The notes beneath the pieces were generated by a model, which made no database searches, was not told where the DNA came from, and worked only from the letters and a program-made list of their open reading frames with translations. A DNA stretch of 64,000 nucleotides from Kiritimatiellia bacterium (GTDB lineage Bacteria > Verrucomicrobiota > Kiritimatiellia > RFP12 > JBMNHG01), in NCBI GenBank assembly GCA_050950285.1, contig JBMNHG010000008.1, positions 434,001 to 498,000 on the forward strand. The letters run 5' to 3'. The translations under genes and the position numbers were made by a program. The first letter of the stretch is position 1. Each line of letters opens with the position of its first letter. Positions 22,401 through 32,995 of the stretch are shown here, in pieces.

Positions 22401-22629
22401 CTCCTTCCCCATCACGGCCATCGGGACCAACCCCTTCTTCCTGGAGTGGGAGGCGGTCGAGGGCGGGCGCTACACCGTCAAATCCGCGGCGGCCTGCGAC
22501 GGAAGCGACTTCACGACCGTCCTCTTCGAGAAGTTCGTTGCGCCGTCCACGGGCATCGTGGGCTACACGAACGCCGCCCACGTGCTTCAGGACGCCGAAT
22601 TCTTCAAGATCTACCGTGTGGAGCCTTGA
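16423..22629 (+). CDS. Giant secreted S8 (subtilisin-like) serine peptidase with accessory beta-domains, NHL-like propeller and DxDGDG repeats, 2068 aa
   Basis: Signal peptide; catalytic triad VIDSG / HGTHVAG / GTSMAAPHVAG; NPGEIPGNGVDDDGNGYIDD; Ig-like DLAGN domain; NHL-like FHSPEGV..VADTGNNRVQ; DTDGDGMDDFWE. Confidence 0.9.
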   Translation: MKKSLFTSLLAVFAVFALGLSALGAGARVVGASHVPWDRLDEADVVPGELVVGYRDGAVERRAATAQGGGRTWSAPARMEQVRAAAGVAYARSFKRLPAEIVTLSPDAGLAGMRSAAEALARDEAVAFVEPNYIYRASAIPDDPRMDQLWGMENIGAPEAWDFSVGSHDVVVAVIDSGVRTSHEDLAANIWTNPGEIPGNGVDDDGNGYIDDVCGWDFVEDDAVPQDDNGHGTHVAGTIGAAGDNGLGVAGVNWAVSILPVRGLGATGTGSNEGLAKAIEYVAWFDGQAGRPRVHLSNNSWGGSGESELIRLAVGRTEAAGQLFVAAAGNESLDNDTSPFASFPSSYENENILAVASLTQDDGLSFFSNYGATSVDLGAPGGDNTDVGGILSCGITTDRAYETMSGTSMAAPHVAGAAALLWSIAPDVGFATIRDAILDSARENPVDALDGLCVTGGKLHLPSAIAKVGSLVVSPATPAKWVGPAGGPFTPGDYVYTLYNPTTNELAVSAAFAGDASWLAMAPDYSLAPGVIPAGERITVTVSLSGGAALLADGRYDATLTFSYPDPNTGDPIGTARPLSLKVCDNYVMQSHDGGAWVEGLGTNRIDLSTADFGIAAFPLPVPFVYYNVAYTSMTVSAHGAIGFGSTALPGSNAALPCDAVEDALVCPWWDVLAYVEGVSSVTVDQDEATGRTAVSWRDMELAFDPGSLVTFQAVLTPAGAANGTILFTSLAAAEESHSGCARSATVGLQDDGAFQSCLYTVNGEHPTLGTMWLADDQSLLFTWKDALPDADAPFVESIEALQLLSGEDGYALLEVRFNEIVLGLDTNDFSFATSTIQGEPAVTSVAGGGERFLVTVENFSGYGRLEVSVVAGAVLDLAGNANAGSDIFPFTMPYHQVYFFDDFEKGRTSWTTSTNTYEMSTGEIWELGAPPPHTPDDDLLGLHRPPQAYSGGNCWGTILGGPYPRYANAWLQAPRVHVGENVVIDFQVATDLGYGYVDSLRYDGDFAVVEVSRNGDAWEIIGVLDAVSRVVPYKSYGEWNHFAVNLPARFENSAVDLRIRFVSDGYDFASIGYPDGAGVYVDDFRVSSIRQEGVWLIGADPSTLQTNTEAEIETQVYNASPDDLVEVSGVYSTADRGVSILAGSSLFYGDMRSGDIATGRVVRVAVADASAFTHAVVPLEHMAYVAGDRDLPSSTPLAIDGVDPGASATSLVAQSLAGVTDWMGRPLAGDGSSASPLVQILWVGPDGVAAPPADLGTPTGDDVVLYTLAGGLPCLRIGAGDVSGAAGQFRDTVLHGLAAGSALYARAWSGATFDESVAYGDSETRAIGAIDGETVDFGAWTVDSPVQYMRDSNGDGIPDGWCVHIGVDPLAPAGPLFGDDAGRMDVSAGVTGQNSDAFATNDLVAPRRALASGGFVYVASRKSGTSFPGAVQVYSLDLRHRLATIESVVDANGKTQAFDPVALAADEARGILAVADMNRVLFFDIDAATGNLAFTQALPEFGTTGLPTATGRFKDIRDIAYSPDFDRYYVIDSQRVSQDYASYYRVQSIGADLQTTLVAALLDQGVSAFPQPPSALALSATTLYLANPGRGTIELCAPAGDNWVRTGTWQDAAAPFQWPAGLSCGTGGLLYMMERDAHRLRILDADGVTMVAFPLDLAPAGSFGPEDGRFHSPEGVFAATGDLGATYSALVADTGNNRVQWLDLQADTDGDGMDDFWEIRNGLVVGVDDSMLDPDNDGLPNLGEFRGGTDPQDPDTNGNGGGDLWDYQNGIDPAAPSVPVNPLKAAYVVAIPSNTVFAVGDTVRVTAGFTGDVAEDAPVAIALRGGATTGPVAMTRADATTYTFQYVVGANDQGWVDVEITGARDAANGRTSDPPAILSEDLFQILNDTAPVVLRVTATPDPVQAGSNVTITVVFDQDIDPASAVQVAFSGGSAGAVALAPSGGSATNYTGTYLVKGADFGAVTGVVSGAASPGGTPMVQPDPAYLFTVAFASFPITAIGTNPFFLEWEAVEGGRYTVKSAAACDGSDFTTVLFEKFVAPSTGIVGYTNAAHVLQDAEFFKIYRVEP

Positions 22630-22631
22630 CC

Positions 22632-23195
22632 ATGCATGACCCCGCCACCCATCCGGGACGCGCCGCCCGGACGAGCGCCGCATCCTGCGCCCTGCTCCTG
22701 GCCTGCCTGCTGGGGGCGGGGCTCGCCGCGGGCTGCCGCAAGGCGCCGGAACCGGAGAAGACCCCGGATCCGATGAGCCTCGAGGAGGCCCTGGACGCGA
22801 TTGTGGCCGCCACCCTGGACGACGTGTCCGCCGGCGGAACGGAAGAGGACGAATGGGCTCCCCCCGCCCGTCCGCTTCCCTCGCCGGAGGATGCGCGCAC
22901 CAACCTGGTCGCCCGCTTCACCCTTCGGTTGCGCGACAACGCCGCCGAGATGGCGGAACTCACCGCCCGCCGCGAGGCGGCGCTCGAGGCCGCCCGCGAG
23001 ACGAATGCCGTCTTCGCCGCCGCCAGCGCGGAGGCGAAGGCCGCCCGCGAACGGTATGAGGCCCTCGTGCGGGCCGACCCGGCCATCACGGCGATCGAAG
23101 AGGAGATGGCGCGCCTTCGCCGCGAGCGCGGCGCACTGCTCCGGCAACGCGAGAAATTCGAGAAAACCCCCCTTCCCACGACTGTTTCGAAGTAA
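22632..23195 (+). CDS. Coiled-coil lipoprotein, 187 aa
   Basis: Lipobox LAAG-C after a hydrophobic stretch; long helical E/R/A-rich region. Confidence 0.75.
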   Translation: MHDPATHPGRAARTSAASCALLLACLLGAGLAAGCRKAPEPEKTPDPMSLEEALDAIVAATLDDVSAGGTEEDEWAPPARPLPSPEDARTNLVARFTLRLRDNAAEMAELTARREAALEAARETNAVFAAASAEAKAARERYEALVRADPAITAIEEEMARLRRERGALLRQREKFEKTPLPTTVSK

Positions 23196-23207
23196 GGAGA
23201 GCAAAGA

Positions 23208-26200
23208 ATGAACATCGGCAATTTCATGAATCTCCCCGGAGTCCGGCGTCTCTTTGCCGGCGGTGCGCTGGCGCTCGCGGGCGCCTTCCTGCTGGCGACC
23301 CCCGCCCAGGCCACGACGGTCCGCCTGAACCTGGGCGCGAACGGCACCTACGCCACCGCCTACAGCGACGACGAATGGCTCGAGGTGACCGAAACGGTCC
23401 GGACGGCCACCACGCCCAACGGCTCCGCGGGGGAGACCTGGTACCTCTCCGCGGAAACGAGCGTTGCGGGGTACATGTTCGACCAGTGGAAGGTCACGCC
23501 CTCCGCCGCCGCGGCGGACGTGGCCATCGACGACGCGTTCGCCGCGGAGACCACCGCCGTGCTCGGCGCCGCCCCGACGTACATCTTCACCGCGTCCTTC
23601 AAGAAGATCCAGAAGACCCTCACCGTGAGCCACGACGGCCATGCCGCGGGCCTTGTCCCCACCGAAGGCGCCCACCTCTACGACTTGAACCGGATCGTGA
23701 AGCTGGGCACCCCCACCCCCCAGGCGGGGTACGTCTTCGACCACTGGGCCCATCCTTCCTCGCCGGACGCCGACCATCCGAACGTCGTCGCCGACTACTC
23801 CGGCACGAGGCCCGCGTATTCGATCGTCATGGACGACGACTACGAGATCATGGCCGTCTTCAAGAGGCAGCTCTCCATCACCCACAGGAACTACGACCCC
23901 ACCATGCCCGCCGAGACCCTCGTCGAGGCGGTCGGAGAAGGCACCAGGCCCACCGTCACCGTCCCGAACGAGACCGTCCAGGTCTCCGACAGCGAGCGCT
24001 ACTCCTGCGTCGGATGGACGCAGGGCGGTCCGCAGATCCCCCCGGCCGGCGGCTCCACGAGCTATGAGTTCATCCAGCCCATCACCAACGACAACAGCCT
24101 CGCCTGGGCTTGGCGGAAGCAGTATTGCGTGATTGGCGGCATCGCGAACGGCTACGGCGACATCGCCGGGCTCAACACCGCCATCGGCAACAACCAGAAC
24201 TGGTTCGACGCGGGAAGCACCATCAACGTGAGCGCCATCCCCGCCGCCGGCTACGTCTTCGCCGGCTGGATCGCCAATCCCCCCGACATCCTTCCCCCCG
24301 GCGCCACCGGGAGCCGTACGCTCAGCCTCCAGGTCGACCAGGGCTTCACCCTGCTGGCCAGCTTCCAGCTCCTCTCCTCCGACTCCGACGGCGACGGCCT
24401 CCCCGACAGCTGGGAAACTCGCCGTGGGCCTCGACCCCTATTCCGCCGACGGAGTCCACGGCGGCGGCGGCGACCCCGACAACGACGGGCTGAACAACCT
24501 CGCCGAATACCTGGTCTTCGTCGATAGCACAAACCGCCTCGGCATCGTCGCCTACGCGAACCCGCTCCACTGCGACTCCGACGGCGACGGATTGGACGAC
24601 GGCTGGGAATACGCCATGTTCTCCGGCGATTCGGGACCCGACGCCGATCCCGACTCGTGGCTCTCCGCCGTGGTCGACGCGGGCAATTTCGCCCCGGACA
24701 ACCGCTACGGCCGCGACGGCAACCCCGACAAGGACTTCCTTTGGGACACCGGCTCCGGCTGGGAGCTGAGCAACCTCCCCCTCACGAACTACCGCGAATA
24801 CGTCGGACCCGACGGAATTGCGCCCTACACCTTCGAAACGGTCGCCCCCGGCGCCTCGGCCTCCGACGGATGGGTGAACACCCTGGCCAAGCCGGTCGTC
24901 CGCCGCATCGCCGACACCGCGGACACCGGCGACGGCTCCAAGCCGCTCGTCGCCGATTCCGACAACGACGGCTTCTGCGACGGCTTCGAATACTCCTGGG
25001 ACCAGTGGCACCAGGCCAACGGCGGCACCGCCCCGCTCGCCAACACCGAGATTTTCCCGGCCATCACCGAAATCGTGGAACCCTGGGACCCCGTCGCCTT
25101 CCGCCCCTTCAACCCCGCCGTCGCAGCCACGCCCGGCAACCTTGACCAAGACTACCTCTTCGGATTCGCCGACGACGGCCTGGTGCCCCGGATCGCCAAC
25201 GCGTATACGGACATCGACGAGTACAACGCCTCCGGATTCGCCACCAACGGCAACATGGGAGCCGCGAACTTCTACCCCGTGACCCGCCAATACGTCCCCT
25301 CCACCGGCCTCCGCTGGTGCACGAACCCCTTCGTCTGGGACTCCGACTACGACGGCATGTCCGACGGATGGGAGATGACCTTCGGCTTCGACCCCTGGTT
25401 CGCCGAGCCCGATCCCCTCCTCAACCCCGACAACGACTATTACGCGACGGACGGCACGAACCGCCACTACGACGTCTACCTCGCTCACGGCTTCGACCCC
25501 CGCACGGGCTGGGGCCCCGAACCCGCCGGCGGAGGCGTGAACACCGCGCCCTTCACCGCCCTGCAGGAGTTCATGGGGGTGATGTATGCCACCAATTGCT
25601 TCCTCGCCAACCAGGGCGAGTGGAGGTCCACCAACCCGCGCGTCCACGACCAGGACCAGGACGGCATCTGGGACGGCTGGGAACTCTACACCGCCCTTGA
25701 TCCCGCCGTTCCGGAGGACGCCAACGAACACTACGACGTCGGCTCCACCTACTACGTGACCTGGGTCTACGACACCGGCGACACCCTCACCAACTTCGAG
25801 GAGTTCAACTCGAACCGGACGCCCGTCGAAGGACTGGGCGTGGCATACACCGTCCCCGGCTGGCCCAACAAGACCTTCCCGACCGACCCGTGGGATTGGG
25901 ATACGGACAGCGACCAGCTCCTCGACTGCGACGAGAAGCTCTTCTTCAACAACTCCGGCGCCACCACCACGGAAGAGGTCGTGGTCGGGGTCGACAGCAA
26001 CGGCGTCGAAATCGTCGAGATCGTGACCGTCGAAGCGCAGGGCGGATCCGTGAACGGCGGCCTCTGCCCGACCAGCGTCGACACCGACGGCGACCATCTC
26101 CCCGACGCCTGGGAAGCCTTCTACGGCACGATGGATCCGGAGGCCGATCCCGACGCTCCCACCTGCAACGGCACCATCGCCGACGCCGAGGACGATCCCG

Positions 26201-29200
26201 ACAACGACGGCCTCCTGAACCTCCAGGAGTACCTGCTGGGCGCCATCCACCACTGGCAGTTCCAGAACAACGCCGGCGTTGCCATCTGGAATCCCGGCCG
26301 CGGGCTCTACGGCTACGATCCCTACGACTTCCTGGTTCCCACCGCCGTGAACCCCCGCACCGGCCAAGCCTCGGGAGGCGAGTTCTACCGGGGCTACGGC
26401 GGCCGCGCCCCGCACGCCTGGGATCCGAATTTCCTCGTGCGCAGGATCAACTACGTGCCCTTCTACTTCCTCACCGGGCCGGATCACGCCCCCAGCGAAG
26501 TCTGGTTCTCCACCGGCGACCCGCTCGACTTCGACACCGACCTCGACGGCATGGACGACTACTGGGAGGTCTTCCACGGCTTGAACCCCCTCTTCGGCAC
26601 GATCGACATCGTCCGCTCGAAGGTGAACGGCATGCGGCTAAGCGCCCTCTCCTCGTGCAACCTCGACGAGACCGACGCCCTGATCGGCTGGGCCGCCGCC
26701 TCCGACTTCCGCCGCTATCCCTGGCACGCCGGCTTCCTCTTCTCCGACTCCGACCAGGACGGCCTCTCCGACATCGACGAGTCGCTCCAGCCCCGCGACC
26801 CCTCGGCGAACCTGCCCCCCAACTACCACACCGACCCCTCGCCCCTGTGGATGACGGACATCTCCTCCCCGGACAGCTTCGCCAACCTTTACTTCTGGTC
26901 GGGGCTCTACTTCACGGATCCCTTTAACCCGCAGTGGTTCTGGCGCAGCCGGGTGCCGGGCCCGACCTACCTCTTCGACTTCGAAATGAACGAGGGCTTC
27001 GACACCGACGGCGACTTCGTGGGCGACCGCTCCGAACTCGTCGCCTCCACCGACGCCCCCGGCGTGACCGACCCGCTGGACGCGATGACGCCCCCGAAGC
27101 GCCGCGCCCTCTACCTGAACGGCGACGCCGCCGCGCGCACCGGCCCGCAGTTCGGACACAGGCCCTACGACCTCTCGCGCTTCACCATCGATTGCTGGGT
27201 GCGCCCCGAGGACCCCGCCACCGGACAGGAGCAGGTGATCCTCGAACGCTCCGCCCTCGTGCCGCAGGGAAGCAGCCTGCAGCCGCAGGACATCCCCGTG
27301 GTGAACTTCCGCCTGGGCATCGACGGCCAGGGCATCCCCTTCGTGAAGTACAACGGCTCGCAGAACCCCCTCCTCTTCACCGAGGCCAAGGCCAACGCCG
27401 ACGGCGCCCTGCAGGCGGACGTCTGGTACCACCTCGCCGCGACCTACGGCGGAAACTTCCGGGAAGACGGGCAGTGGGTCGGCACGCTCGTGCTCTACGT
27501 GGATGGCGAAAGCGTCGCCTCCACCCCCAGCTCCGAAATCCCCTTCAGCGGATGGATCCTCGGCTACAACGAGTCCGGCGCCACCGACGTGCTCGTCGGC
27601 ACCGCCGTCGCGATGCCCATCGTGGTCGGCGCGGCGGACGACCTCCCCTCCGGACGCGTCGACGGCCACACCGTCCTCGTCGGCGCCGGCGCCGGCACCT
27701 CCTACGATCCGCCCGAACTCAAGTCCTTCTTCAAGGGCTGGGTGGACCAGATCCGCATCTGGAACGACCCCTTCACGCAGCAGGACATCCTGCACTACAA
27801 GGACCGCCGCTTCACCCGCGAGGACGTCGTCGCCCTGGCGCGCGATCCCGTCGAGGGCGGCCGCGGCCTGCTCTACAGCTACGCCTTCGACAACCTGCCC
27901 GATCCCGATTACGACCCCGTTTTCCCGAAGGGCTACGAGATGCTGAACGGCCGGCCCACCACCTGGATCCAGGCGCCGTTCTGGGGCCTCGCCCCCGACC
28001 GCTCCCTGTGGTACGACGACTACCGCGTCCTCCCCTGGATCGAAAACCAGGTCTACCACAACCCGTACGAAGTCCCGCGCGACCAGGCCTCCGAGGCGTC
28101 GCCCACGCTGGCGAACACCAACGCCTTCTTCGCCAACACCGCCAACCCCCATGCGATGTCCTACCGCTTCGGGATGTCCTACTTCCTCGAACGCCACCCG
28201 TTCCTGGACACCTGGATCGAAGACTCGGAAGCCGTCGCGGACATGCGCGCCATCTCCCTCCTCCCCGACCTGCTCCCGCTCCGCTGGGCGGCGGCGGACG
28301 AGGATGTCGTGATGTGGGACAACTGCGGAACCGGCCGCGACGTGGACGAACTCGACTCCGACGGCGACATCATGCCCGACGCCTGGGAAATCGCCAACGG
28401 CCTCGACTACCTCGACGCCACCGGGGCGAACGGCCGCTTCGGCGACCCCGATGGCGACGGCCTCTCGAACTACGCCGAATACCTCGCCGGCACCGACCCG
28501 TGGGCCATCGACTCCGACTTCGACGGCATCCCCGACTTCTACGACCGTTCGGACGTCCCCACCGACGACCAGCGGACCTTCGGCGAACGCTTCACCGACT
28601 CCGACTTCGTCGAGGACGTCTGGGAAGCCCTCTTCGACGCCTACTATGCCTCGCCGCTCCTCTACGACGCCCACCTCGACCGCGACGAGGACGGATGGTC
28701 GAACTGGTCCGAGGCCCGCGCCCACACCGACCCCGACAAGGCCTACGCGATCGATACTGCCGCAGGCCTGCACATTGGCGAGTGCCCGAGGCCCGTCATC
28801 AACGCCGTCATCCGCTACGAAGGCGTCCGCAACACCGGAGGCATCGTCGTCGAAACCTACACGACCCCCTCGATGGACGGCCGCCCCGACGCCCGAATCG
28901 CCGGCAACGCCCGCTATGTCGACGGCGTCGTGCCTGCCCCCGGCCCGAATGGATGGACCATCCCTGTGGGCAACGGCATCGTCGTCGGCACGGTGCGCCT
29001 CTACGACCCCAACGGCACCCTCCTCTATACCGACGCCGGCGACGGCACCTTCGGGAACCAGGAGGCGACGATCAATTACCAGACCGGCGTGATGACCATC
29101 CCCGGATGGCTGGGCGGAACCGCCGGGTACTCGTACTACATCGAGCTGGAATGGCCCATGACCTGCACCCTCACCGAGACCATGGAGGGATGGGTCCGCG

Positions 29201-30945
29201 AAGGCAAGAACTACTTCTTCGCCTTCCTCGACAACAACAGCGACGGCGAATGGAACGCCGGCGAGCCCGCCGGCCTGGCCGACGGCTACGTCCACGAGGT
29301 CGGCTACGACAAGCTGGACATCTCCATCACCCTCACGGACGACGCCCCGGGCTACGCCCGCCTGCACTTCGCCGACGCGATCGACACGACCTCCGTCGAA
29401 GAGCACGTGCTGACCATCGAGAACGCCGGAATGGTCATCTTCACCCGCACGCTGCGTGGTCCGCGCGCCTGCCTCCATGAGGGGGACTTCATCTACGCGG
29501 AAGACCACGGCCTCGTCCCCGTGGATGCCCAGGGCACGCTGGGGCAGATGGGAGGCTACGGGCTGGATTGGGGGGTCACCTCGGCCCATCCGGTCTACAA
29601 GTGGTATATTGACGGAGCCACCCTGATGGGCGTGTTCACGAACCACTACGCGGCGCGCCTCCCCGCTCCGGTCGCGGTGTCGCCGAAGGGTTCCACCTTC
29701 CAGTACGCCCGCCCCGAGTTCCGCTTCCGCCTCGCTCCCGAGGCGACGCAGTTCGAAATCCAGATCCGCTCGGTCGATACCGGCGAACTGGTCTATAGCG
29801 ACACCCACCTCGCTCCCGCGCGCCGTCGCACCGGCTCGGACTACGACCTCTGCGTGTGGAAGTTCCCGTACTGCGTGAACCAGGACCTCCCCTCCGGCAG
29901 CCTCTTCGCCAACGGCCGCTACCAGTGGCGCGTGCGCGGATACAGCCCGCACTCCTTCAACGGAGGCGACTGGTCCGAAGGCCCCGAATCGCTCGACGGC
30001 TGGCAGGAGTTCACGATGAATGTCACCACCAACGCCGATACGGCGTACCGCTCCGCGTGGCTCCAGGTCGACGTCCGGTACTATGGCAAGGCCCTCGACA
30101 ACTTCACCGGCCAGCTCCGCGTCCAGGCCTTCGAAACGGCGAGCTTCAACGACATGCCCGCCGCCGAAGTCCTGGTGGACAGCCTGGGCGTCGTGACCAT
30201 CGCCGGCCTCAATCCTGGCCTCTACTACCTGCGGGCCTTCGTGGACCAGGACCAGGACTACAGCCGCGACATCTGGGAAACCTGGGGCTACGTGCGCGCC
30301 ACCGAGAACACGGACTGGCCCTTCACGCCCAGGGGCGTCGAGGCCACCGAAGACGGGCTGGCCGTGATGGATGTCCCGGTGATCTTCTTGCAGGACTGCG
30401 ACACCGACCAGGACGGCCTGCCGGATTCCTGGGAGTACCTGCACAACGCCGGGCAGGCGGATTGGCTGGCGGTCTTCGGCGTCGAAAACCGTCCCTCCGC
30501 CCCGGATGTCCACGGGACGGCCTTCGGCGCGTACACGGACAGCGACGGCGACGGCCTGAACGACTTCGCCGAATACTACTCCGGCACCCATCCGCACGAG
30601 GTGGACAGCGACGGCGACGGCATCCCCGACGGCCTCGACTACGCCCTCGGCTTCGCGCCCTTCGAGCCGAACCTCCTCCGCATCACCAGCCATCCGGGCG
30701 ACGCCCTGTCGTGGGCCTGGACGGGCTCCGTGGCCGACACCGGCGTGGGCGCCCTCTCCGCGGGCGGCTCCTCCCCGGCCCTCGGCCGGACGGTGACCTA
30801 CGTGCTCGAACGCGCGACTTCGCTCGCGGACCCCGACTGGACCGGAATCGCCTACAGCGCGACCCCCGACGCCCTGGGCACCCTAGCCGTGCCGGACGAG
30901 GATCTCGATAGCGCCTTCTATCGCATCCGCGCGATCCTCGAGTAG
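23208..30945 (+). CDS. Giant secreted protein (about 2578 aa): InlB-B-like repeats, many DxDxDG Ca-binding (TSP3-like) repeats and a LamG-like domain; +1 frameshift at 24415-24417
   Basis: SD AAGGAG; signal peptide; GYxF-x-x-W repeats; DSDGDGLPDSWE repeats; FTIDCWVRP..WYHLAATY..LYVDG..FKGWVDQIRIWN. Removing one A gives ..PDSWELAVGLDP and joins the two ORFs. Confidence 0.85.
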
Positions 30946-30970
30946 GGCAGGGGCCTCTCCTCCCCTCCCG

Positions 30971-31011
30971 GAAAGCGGCGCGCCGCAGGAAAAGCGGCGC
31001 GCCGTTTTTTT
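30971..31011 (+). terminator. Rho-independent terminator built from two CGGCGCGCCG palindromes
   Basis: AAAGCGGCGCGCCGC-AGGAAAA-GCGGCGCGCCGTTTTTTT. Confidence 0.75.
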
Positions 31012-31030
31012 CGAAAGGGCGGAACCCAGC

Positions 31031-32941
31031 ATGCCGAAGGAAACCAAACCCACGCCGCCCAAACGGCGCCGAAGCCGCGAGGAAATCGCGCGCGAGGAAA
31101 TCGGCCACACCGACATCTCCCGCGGGACGAAGTGGCTGCTCGTCGTCTTTTTCCTCGCGGCCATCGCGGCGGTGCCCCTCGTGCAAATCGCCGTCGACCT
31201 CCGCGCCCACGCCGCCGGGACGCGCGCGAGCCCCCTCCCCGGCGGACTCGATTTCGCGCGCGAGGCCCGCGAGGCCCTCCGGGAAGAAGCGGCCGATACC
31301 GCCGCCGGCGCCGCCCCGGAAACATGGTCCGGGCGCCTCTTCGCCCGCAACCGGGCGCTCTTGGGCGCCATCCAGGCCCACGAGGACGCCCTGGACGACG
31401 ACTCGTGGTTCGCGTCCCTCGTGCTGACGCCGATGCAGACCTTCTTCGTCGACGCGCTCGGCGTCGGCAACGAAGAGGTCTACCTGGGCAACGGGGGCAT
31501 GCTCTTCTACCGGCCCGACCTCGAACACCTCTGGGGGCGCGACTTCCTCGAGGAGTCCGTCCTGCGCGCGCGGCGCGCCGCCGGAACCGAATGGCGGCCC
31601 GCCGCGCAGCCCGACCCGCTCCCCGCGATCCTGCGGCTGGCGGCCGACCTCCACGCCCGCGGCATCCGCCTGGTGGTGGCCCCGATCCCGCCCAAGGCCT
31701 CCATCCATCCCGACCTCTACGCCAGCCGGCCGATCCCCGTGGACGAGCCGGCGCTGAACGCTTCGCATGCGCAGTTCACGAACGAACTCGCCCGCCCCGC
31801 GCTCTTCCTCGACGGGCGGTTGCAAACCTATCCCGGGATCGCCCGCAACCCCGCCTGGCGCGTGTACGGGACCATCTTCACCAATCTGCTCGCCGGGCGC
31901 GGGGAACTGGTGGACCACCCCCCCGCGGTCTTCGACGCCGCTTCCGTGCTGCTCTCCAACCGCCTCGCCACCGGCCGCGCCCAATACCTTTCGGGCGACA
32001 CCCATTGGACGCCCGAGGGGATGGAATGCGTCGCCGCCGCGCTCGCCGCCGAAGTGAAGGAGCTGCTCCCCGACGCGCCGCGGCATGCGCCCCCCATGGC
32101 CCTCCCGCGCGTCGCGGTTTCCAACGTCGGCGACCTCGCGACCCTGCTTCAGCTGCCGGACTCCCACCGCCTCCGTGCGCCGGAAACGGCGGACATCCGC
32201 CCCGTGATGCCGCACCCCTCCCGGGCCGCCGCGCCCGCGCGCGTCCTGCTGCTGGGGGACAGCTTCTCCAACATCTACAGCCAGGAGGGACTGGGGTGGG
32301 GGACGCACGCCGGCCTCGCCGAACAACTCTCGCTGGAACTCGGGGAAGCCGTGAGCCGCATCGCCATCAACGCGGGCGGCGCGTACGCCGCCCGGGTGGA
32401 ACTCGCCCAACGCCTCGCACGGCATGCCGCCTCCGCAGGCCCCGACCCCCTGACGGGCGTGCAGACGGTCGTATACGCCTTCGCCATGCGCGAACTGTCG
32501 AGCGGCGACTGGAAGTGGGTGGACATGGCAAGCGCACCGGCGGCACGCCCCGTCGGGCCCGGCATCGCCGCCCCCCGGGAAGGCCGCCCGATCCGCGTGA
32601 CGGGCCGGATCGCCGATCTCACCCGTCCGCCCGTTCCGGCAAGCGTGCCCTACGAGGACGCGGTGGTCAACGTGCACCTCGTCGACCTCCGCTGGGACGG
32701 CGCCGCCCCCGCCGGCGCGCCGCAGGAGGTCCTCCTCTACCTGTGGGGCATGCGGAAGCGCGCGTGGCTTCCCATCGCGAAGGCCCGGACGGGGACGGAC
32801 CTCACCCTCGACCTCACGCCCTGGGAGGACGTGATGGACGACTACGGCTCCTACAACCGCGTCGACTTCGAGGATTTCGACCTTCTCATGCTCCCCGCCT
32901 ATTGGGCCACGCCGGCGCCCGGCAACGAAAAGCCCGAATAA
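31031..32941 (+). CDS. AlgX/AlgJ-like SGNH O-acetyltransferase family protein
   Basis: N-terminal TM anchor; GMLFYRPD, PIPPKASIHP, DTHWTPEG, GDLA, LLGDSFSNIY. Confidence 0.8.
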   Translation: MPKETKPTPPKRRRSREEIAREEIGHTDISRGTKWLLVVFFLAAIAAVPLVQIAVDLRAHAAGTRASPLPGGLDFAREAREALREEAADTAAGAAPETWSGRLFARNRALLGAIQAHEDALDDDSWFASLVLTPMQTFFVDALGVGNEEVYLGNGGMLFYRPDLEHLWGRDFLEESVLRARRAAGTEWRPAAQPDPLPAILRLAADLHARGIRLVVAPIPPKASIHPDLYASRPIPVDEPALNASHAQFTNELARPALFLDGRLQTYPGIARNPAWRVYGTIFTNLLAGRGELVDHPPAVFDAASVLLSNRLATGRAQYLSGDTHWTPEGMECVAAALAAEVKELLPDAPRHAPPMALPRVAVSNVGDLATLLQLPDSHRLRAPETADIRPVMPHPSRAAAPARVLLLGDSFSNIYSQEGLGWGTHAGLAEQLSLELGEAVSRIAINAGGAYAARVELAQRLARHAASAGPDPLTGVQTVVYAFAMRELSSGDWKWVDMASAPAARPVGPGIAAPREGRPIRVTGRIADLTRPPVPASVPYEDAVVNVHLVDLRWDGAAPAGAPQEVLLYLWGMRKRAWLPIAKARTGTDLTLDLTPWEDVMDDYGSYNRVDFEDFDLLMLPAYWATPAPGNEKPE

Positions 32942-32995
32942 AAACGGCGCGCCGCGGAACGGGCGGGTCGCCGGGCGTCCGGATGTGCGGGAGGG

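Noticed and set aside
16243..22683. Long antisense or alternative-frame ORFs (also 1921..6222, 10155..15671, 26638..30693, 35218..40191, 52762..57063)
   Set aside because: These are expected from stop-codon scarcity in high-GC DNA overlapping real genes, and they contain no recognisable motifs.
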